From positions 1,890,001 through 1,922,000 of the forward strand of contig OZ252279.1 in NCBI GenBank assembly GCA_965250005.1: a stretch of 32,000 bases of DNA, read 5' to 3'. Position 1 is the stretch's first letter. Each line of letters begins with the position of its first letter. Made by a program: the position numbers and the translations under genes. The notes beneath the pieces were generated by a model. It made no database searches. It saw only the letters and a list, made by a program, of their open reading frames with translations, and had not been told where the DNA came from. This document shows, piece after piece, positions 26,927 to 32,000 of this stretch. The stretch comes from Demequinaceae bacterium. GTDB taxonomy: Bacteria > Actinomycetota > Actinomycetes > Actinomycetales > Demequinaceae.

Positions 26927-28645
26927 CTAGAGCCCGAGCGCTGAGTGGACGTCTGACTCGAGTTCTGCCATGAGCGTCTGCGCAATGGCCTCGGCTCTCG
27001 CAATGTCCGAGCCATCCACCGGAACGATCACCTCAAGGTACGCCTTGACCTTGGGCTCGGTCCCTGACGGGCGTATGATGACACGCGCTCCCGATCGGGT
27101 GGTGAGCCGCAGCCCCGTGGTGCCCGGCAGTCCGTCGATTCCCTTGCTCATGTCATCCGTCGAATCTACGGGTGAACCGCCGAGCGAGGTGGGCGGATGG
27201 GTGAGGAGGGCCTTCATGGTGGACTGGACCGTCTCGGTGTTGTCGAACCTCGCCGCGACCTGGCGGCTGAGGTGATGGCCGTATGTCTGCGAGATGAAGC
27301 CCAGAGCGTCGGCCAGGGTGTTGTTCTTGGATTTGAGGCTCGCGACCATCTCGGCGATCACCACCGCTGCAGAGATGCCGTCCTTGTCCCGTACCACCGC
27401 GGGGTCGACGCAGTAGCCGAGAGCCTCCTCGTATCCGAAGATCAGGCCTGGGGCGCGCGAGATCCATTTGAAGCCCGTCAGGGTGGCCTCGTACCGATGG
27501 CCGTGCGCGTGCGCGATCTTGGCAAGCAACTGCGACGAGACGATCGAGCTAGCGAGCGTTTGCGACCCTGGCGCCATTCGAAGACGCGCCCCGTGCGAGG
27601 CGATGTGCTCTCCGAGGAGGCCCCCGATCTGGTCTCCGTGGAGCGTGGTCCACCGCCCGTGCAGCTTGGTTGCCACCGCGCACCTGTCCGCGTCTGGGTC
27701 GTTTGCTATGACGACGTCGGCGTTGACCTGATCGGCCAAGGCGAGCGCGAGGTCCATCGCGCCTTTCTCTTCGGGGTTGGGGAAGGCGACCGTGGGGAAT
27801 GCGGGGTCCGGGTCAGCCTGCTCCGCCACCATGTGCAGGTCCGTGAATCCCGCTTCTTTGAGTGCGGCCAGGATGGTCGCGCCTCCGACGCCGTGCAACG
27901 GAGTGACGACAATCCGCGTGGTTGCGCGCGTGGACTTGTTCTCGTCAGTCAGGGGCGCCACGCATGCGGCGGCGGTGTGCACGTAATTCTCGGCGACGTT
28001 CTCACCAAGGACGGTCCAGCCCGCGTCCGCGCGCGCCACGGACTCGACACTCGTGATGTCTTCTATCCGCGATGCGATGGCTGCGTCGTGCGGGGGCACT
28101 ATCTGCGCGCCCTGACCGGCGTCGTTGACGATACGGCCGCCGAGGTACACCTTGTAGCCGTTGTCTTGAGGCGGGTTGTGCGATGCCGTAACCATGACAC
28201 CGGCGTCGGCGCTGAGAGCGCGCACGGCGTACGCGACCAGCGGAGTGGGTAGCGCGGACGGCAGCAACAGTGTGTCGTGGCCGGCGGCTGCCATGACCGC
28301 GGCGGTATCCAGCGCGAACTGGTCGGATTTGAAGCGGGCGTCGTACCCGATCACCACGCGCCCTGGCCCGGCGAGCGCGTCGGTCATGTACTGGGAGAGT
28401 CCCGCGGCGGCACGGATCACCACTGCGCGGTTCATGCGGTTGGAGCCGCCGCCTAGCGTGCCGCGCAGGCCTGCCGTGCCGAACTGCAGGAGGCCATCGA
28501 AGCGGTCTTCGAGCTCGCTGCGCGGTCCGGGGCCGCTCTTCTTGGCGCGCGCCTGCGCCAACAGATTGCTCAACTCGCTGGCAGTCTCCTCGTCAGGGTC
28601 GTCAGCAATCCAGGCTTCGACTCTCCCAAAGAGGTTTGCGCTCAC
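26927..28645 (-). CDS. Phosphohexomutase-family phospho-sugar mutase (PmmB-like; possible phosphopentomutase role)
   Basis: The active-site loop is VTASHNPPQDNGYK. Length is 572 aa. The GTG start overlaps the stop of the upstream PNP gene (GTGA). Confidence 0.85.
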   Translation of the reverse strand: MSANLFGRVEAWIADDPDEETASELSNLLAQARAKKSGPGPRSELEDRFDGLLQFGTAGLRGTLGGGSNRMNRAVVIRAAAGLSQYMTDALAGPGRVVIGYDARFKSDQFALDTAAVMAAAGHDTLLLPSALPTPLVAYAVRALSADAGVMVTASHNPPQDNGYKVYLGGRIVNDAGQGAQIVPPHDAAIASRIEDITSVESVARADAGWTVLGENVAENYVHTAAACVAPLTDENKSTRATTRIVVTPLHGVGGATILAALKEAGFTDLHMVAEQADPDPAFPTVAFPNPEEKGAMDLALALADQVNADVVIANDPDADRCAVATKLHGRWTTLHGDQIGGLLGEHIASHGARLRMAPGSQTLASSIVSSQLLAKIAHAHGHRYEATLTGFKWISRAPGLIFGYEEALGYCVDPAVVRDKDGISAAVVIAEMVASLKSKNNTLADALGFISQTYGHHLSRQVAARFDNTETVQSTMKALLTHPPTSLGGSPVDSTDDMSKGIDGLPGTTGLRLTTRSGARVIIRPSGTEPKVKAYLEVIVPVDGSDIARAEAIAQTLMAELESDVHSALGL

Positions 28646-29442
28646 GCGATCTTCCCCACGATGTCGGCCAGCAGGCGCGAGATGCGTGGACCCGCGTCGC
28701 GGCCCGCATCGAGCACTTCCTGGTGGTTGAGCTCGCCTCCAGATATTCCGGCGGCCAGGTTGGTGACGAGTGAGATTCCGAGGATTTCGAGTCCAGCCTC
28801 GCGGGCGGCGATCGCCTCAAGCGCGGTGGACATGCCGATCAAGTTCGCGCCCATCGTTGCAGCCATGCGCACCTCGGCGGGCGTCTCGTACTGCGGCCCG
28901 GAGAACTGCATGTACACGCCATCAAGCAGGCTTGGGTCTAACTCGCGCGCGAGTTCCCGCAGCCTCGGTGAGTAGACGTCGGTCAAATCAATGAACGTGG
29001 CACCCGTGAGTGGCGTCGCGCCCGTGTAGTTGATGTGGTCTGCGAGCAACACGGGAGTGCCGGGGCCCACGTCGGTTCGCGTCGACCCACACCCGTTGGT
29101 GAGGACGATTGTGTGGCAGCCCGCAGCCGCCGCCGTCCGCACGCCGTGCACCACGACCTGCGCGTCGCGGCTCTCGTAGAAGTGGTGCCGCGCGCCCAGG
29201 ACGAGCACTTTGGTTCCGGACGCCGTCAGGATTGACCGCACGTTGGAGCCGTGGCCTGGAACCGCCGCGGCCTTGAATCCAGGCACGTCTTCAGGGGCAA
29301 TAGATGCGACCTCGTCGCCCAGGAGCCCGGCGGCTTCGCCCCACCCGGAGCCCAAAACGAGGGCGATTTCGTGTGTGGCAACGCCCGTCGCGGAGGCGAT
29401 GGCGGCAGCCGCTGCTACGGCGAGATCATGTGCGGCAGTCAT
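28642..29442 (-). CDS. punA: Purine nucleoside phosphorylase (PNP family, PunA/DeoD of actinobacteria)
   Basis: Motifs are GPQYETPAE, GMSTALEA and LGSGWG. Length is 266 aa. Confidence 0.9.
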   Translation of the reverse strand: MTAAHDLAVAAAAAIASATGVATHEIALVLGSGWGEAAGLLGDEVASIAPEDVPGFKAAAVPGHGSNVRSILTASGTKVLVLGARHHFYESRDAQVVVHGVRTAAAAGCHTIVLTNGCGSTRTDVGPGTPVLLADHINYTGATPLTGATFIDLTDVYSPRLRELARELDPSLLDGVYMQFSGPQYETPAEVRMAATMGANLIGMSTALEAIAAREAGLEILGISLVTNLAAGISGGELNHQEVLDAGRDAGPRISRLLADIVGKIA

Positions 29443-29802
29443 CTCTTGAGGGTATCCCGCGTCGGCGCCCTATGCCGCGATCCTGCGACTGATTTAGCCG
29501 AAGAGGCTCGCTCCAAGTGGGTGCGTCTCGCTGAACCCTGGGAGAATCAGGAAGGTCCCCGAGGCCACGGTGGTTGAAAACGCCATCAGGTCGTCAGTTT
29601 CATCTCCACGTCGTCGAGCCTGAGTTGGCGGATGAGGCAAATAGTTCCGCCCGCGGCGGGTCCGTGCCGGTGGGCTTGGCTGATAGAACGCAGCCTAACC
29701 CCGCCAGCACGGTTGCTGGCGCTGAGAAAGTGATGCCCAGGTAGGGTGGCATATTCGCCTCGTCGCTAGTCGAGGCACCTGACCGCTCGGAACAGGAGAC
29801 AC

Positions 29803-31200
29803 GTGCAGACTCGGCTCACGATCGTTGGCGGCGGCCCCGGAGGTTACGAGGCGGCGCTCGTTGCGACCAAGCAGGGCGCCGAAGTGACGTTAATCGAGCG
29901 CCAGGGTGTGGGCGGCAACGCGGTGCTTACCGACGTGGTGCCTTCCAAGACCATCATTGCGACGGCAGAGTGGCGGACAATCGCCGACCGCGCCCCCACT
30001 CTTGGAATTCGCAACGCCGACGGCTCAGACTCTGAGGAGATCAGCCCTCATCGAGTCGACATGGCAGCTGTGAACGCGCGGATCCGCAAGCTCGTCGGGA
30101 AGCAAACAGGTGACATTCGCGCGCGTCTTGAGTCCGACGGCGTCAGCATCGTTGAGGGCGAAGGCCGCATGGTGGGGCCTTTCAGTGTCGCGGTCCGGGA
30201 CGAGCAGATCGAATCCGACGTCACGCTGCTCGCGCTCGGGGCCAGGCCTCGCGTGCTGCCGGCGGCACTCCCTGACGGCGACCGCATCTTCACCTGGACG
30301 CAGCTCTATGAGCTCACGGAGGTCCCCGAGCGGCTGGTGGTGGTCGGCTCAGGCGTGACCGGGGCAGAGTTCGCTGGCGCCTACCAACTTCTCGGCTCCC
30401 ATGTCACGCTCGTATCCTCCTCAGATCGCGTTCTGGGAAAGCAGGACCCTGAGGCCGCGCAGTTCATCCAGGACGTCTTCGATGGCCGTGGAATGACGAT
30501 GGTGACGGGGTCACATGCCGCGACGGTCGAGAACGTTGGCACGGGGGTCAAAGTCACGTTGGTCGACGGCCGGATCGTCGAGGGCTCGCACTGCCTCATG
30601 GCGGTCGGCTCAGTTCCGAATACCGACGGTGTGGGCCTGGAAAACGCGGGTATCGCCGTAGACGAGCACGGGTTCGTTGCGGTGGACCGCGTATCGCGCA
30701 CGAGCGTGCGCGGCGTCTACGCCGCCGGTGATTGCACGGGACTACTGCCCCTGGCGTCTGTAGCGGCCATGCAGGGCCGCATAGCGGTTGCTCACGCGCT
30801 CGGCGACGCCGTGCAGCCGATCGAACTGTCCCACGTGGCCGCGAACGTCTTCACCACCCCGGAGATCGCGACGGTGGGTGCTACCGAGCAGCAGCTCAAG
30901 GATCGAGGCATTTTCTACAAGGTCTCGCGACTGGAGTTCGCGCGCAACCCCCGCGCCAAAATGCTCGGAATTGATCACGGATTCGTGAAGATCTTTGGCC
31001 ACACGGTCACCGGCATGGTGCTGGGTGCGGTGATCGTCGGCCCGCGAGCGGGCGAACACATTTTCCCGTTGGCGCTCGCCGTCACGCACCGTCTTACGGT
31101 CGACGATGTCGCTTCCACATTTACCGTGTACCCGTCGCTCAACGGCACGATCGCTGAGGCCGCGCGTCGGCTGCACAACATGACCGATCCCACGCGCTGA
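29803..31200 (+). CDS. lpdA: LpdA-like flavoprotein (pyridine nucleotide-disulfide oxidoreductase family member lacking the redox disulfide; probable NAD(P)H quinone reductase)
   Basis: GTG start with GGAGAC upstream. The FAD motif is IVGGGPGGYEAA. The position of GGTCLNxGCIPSK reads GGNAVLTDVVPSK, with no Cys. The second Rossmann motif is VVVGSGVTGAEFA. The C-terminal HPT..E position reads YPSLNGTIAE. Confidence 0.8.
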   Translation: MQTRLTIVGGGPGGYEAALVATKQGAEVTLIERQGVGGNAVLTDVVPSKTIIATAEWRTIADRAPTLGIRNADGSDSEEISPHRVDMAAVNARIRKLVGKQTGDIRARLESDGVSIVEGEGRMVGPFSVAVRDEQIESDVTLLALGARPRVLPAALPDGDRIFTWTQLYELTEVPERLVVVGSGVTGAEFAGAYQLLGSHVTLVSSSDRVLGKQDPEAAQFIQDVFDGRGMTMVTGSHAATVENVGTGVKVTLVDGRIVEGSHCLMAVGSVPNTDGVGLENAGIAVDEHGFVAVDRVSRTSVRGVYAAGDCTGLLPLASVAAMQGRIAVAHALGDAVQPIELSHVAANVFTTPEIATVGATEQQLKDRGIFYKVSRLEFARNPRAKMLGIDHGFVKIFGHTVTGMVLGAVIVGPRAGEHIFPLALAVTHRLTVDDVASTFTVYPSLNGTIAEAARRLHNMTDPTR

Positions 31201-31215
31201 CCCGACACACGAACG

Positions 31216-31255
31216 CAGCAGCGGCGACCGCCCCGAAGAGCTGCCGCCGCTGCTG
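31216..31255. terminator. Hairpin between convergent genes (11-bp perfect stem, 18-nt loop); candidate bidirectional terminator
   Basis: CAGCAGCGGCG (31216-31226) pairs with CGCCGCTGCTG (31245-31255). It lies in the 66-nt gap between the lpdA-like stop and the EEP gene stop. There is no clear U-tract. Confidence 0.35.
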
Positions 31256-31266
31256 AGAAGCAGTTG

Positions 31267-32000
31267 CTAGTTGTCGACAGCCACCGTGAAGCTGAAGCTG
31301 AAGTGATCTGACAGCGGAGAGTCGCCAATCACAAAATCGGTGATGGTGACGCCCTCGTAGAACGCGTAGTCGATCCGCGCGTGGAAGTCGGCACCGTTGT
31401 AGGTGTCCGCCTCGCCAACGAGATCGTCCTGAGCGCTAGCGAACCGCTCGAGCATGAGCTCGATGACTTCGCTCTCGGGGGTGTCGTTGAAGTCGCCAGC
31501 GACCACAGCAGCGGGCGCATCGGACACCTCGGCAAGGAACGCCTCGGCCTGCTCTACGCGCGTCGAGTCGTCGTCCTTGTGCTGCAGGTGGATTGCCGTG
31601 AACTGGATTGGACCCGAAGCCGTTTCGATGCTCGCGACCATCGCCGATCGACCCTGCGGGCCCGTTCCATAAGGAAGCGTGATGCGTTGCACGTCAGTGA
31701 ATTCGTAGCGCGAGAGGATCGCGTTTCCGAACTGGTGGTCGTGGGCGCCTACGTACACGTAGTGCATGTTGAGTGCATCGGCGAGGTACTGGAGTATGTC
31801 TGTTCCGCCAGCGAGGATCCAGCCGCGCGTCACCTCTTGGATCATGACAACGTCGGGGTTCTGGGACGCGATTTCTGCGGCGATCGCATCGAGATCGACG
31901 TCTGGTCCGCCCCCAAGTCCGGGAGTGACGCCGTAGTGAACGTTCCAGGACACCATCTTGAGTTCGCTGGGAAGCCCCGACGGGGCACTCCCGGCTCCGT
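31267..32000 (-). CDS. Endonuclease/exonuclease/phosphatase (EEP) family protein; N-terminus probably off-window
   Basis: Motifs are SWNV, VMIQEV and AGDFNDTPES. The reading frame stays open upstream of the first Met (31956) to the right window edge. Confidence 0.75.
   Translation of the reverse strand, partial: GAGSAPSGLPSELKMVSWNVHYGVTPGLGGGPDVDLDAIAAEIASQNPDVVMIQEVTRGWILAGGTDILQYLADALNMHYVYVGAHDHQFGNAILSRYEFTDVQRITLPYGTGPQGRSAMVASIETASGPIQFTAIHLQHKDDDSTRVEQAEAFLAEVSDAPAAVVAGDFNDTPESEVIELMLERFASAQDDLVGEADTYNGADFHARIDYAFYEGVTITDFVIGDSPLSDHFSFSFTVAVDN

Noticed and set aside
27197-28252. 351-aa plus-strand ORF antisense to the phosphomutase gene
   Set aside because: This is a shadow ORF. The minus-strand frame carries the TASHNP active-site loop and full-length family similarity.
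29443-29802. 360-nt divergent spacer between punA and lpdA-like: small hairpins (for example GCCAGCA-CGGT-TGCTGGC near 29703-29720 and GCCTCG...CGAGGC near 29757-29776) and a 30-aa minus-strand ORF (29494-29586, MAFSTTVASGTFLILPGFSETHPLGASLFG)
   Set aside because: The stems are short (5-7 bp), as expected by chance in GC-rich DNA. The small ORF has no SD or other support. It bears no resemblance to riboswitch, tRNA or 6C RNA cores that I could recognise. This is most simply promoter and 5'-UTR sequence.

Overview
High-GC actinobacterial chromosomal window; the gene order closely mirrors conserved Mycobacterium-type synteny. The left ~7.1 kb is the accessory part. It holds the 3' ~6.8 kb of a giant polymorphic-toxin gene whose 5' end lies off-window. 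That gene encodes an FG-GAP/VCBS repeat region, a YD-repeat shell, an RHS core, and a ~290-aa variable C-terminal domain I cannot assign to any toxin family. A small overlapping downstream ORF is the candidate immunity gene. This block looks poorer in GC at third codon positions than the rest of the window (judged by eye). The remainder is core genome. It runs sigE, a ZAS anti-sigma factor, htrA and tatB, then trpS and an orphan lipoprotein, then sdhCDAB on the minus strand and a manC-like nucleotidyltransferase. Next is a translationally coupled nine-gene nucleoside uptake and salvage operon: BMP-family binding lipoprotein, ABC ATPase, two permeases, cdd, deoA, a peptidase-C39-like hypothetical, and add. 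A minus-strand purine-nucleoside-phosphorylase plus phosphohexomutase-family pair, an lpdA-like flavoprotein lacking the redox cysteines, and a partial EEP-family gene close the window. I saw no tRNA, rRNA, CRISPR array, transposase or integrase. The best candidates for something new are the Rhs C-terminal toxin with its immunity gene, and the cysteine-hydrolase-like ORF inside the salvage operon. All family calls rest on motifs read by eye; no database search was possible.
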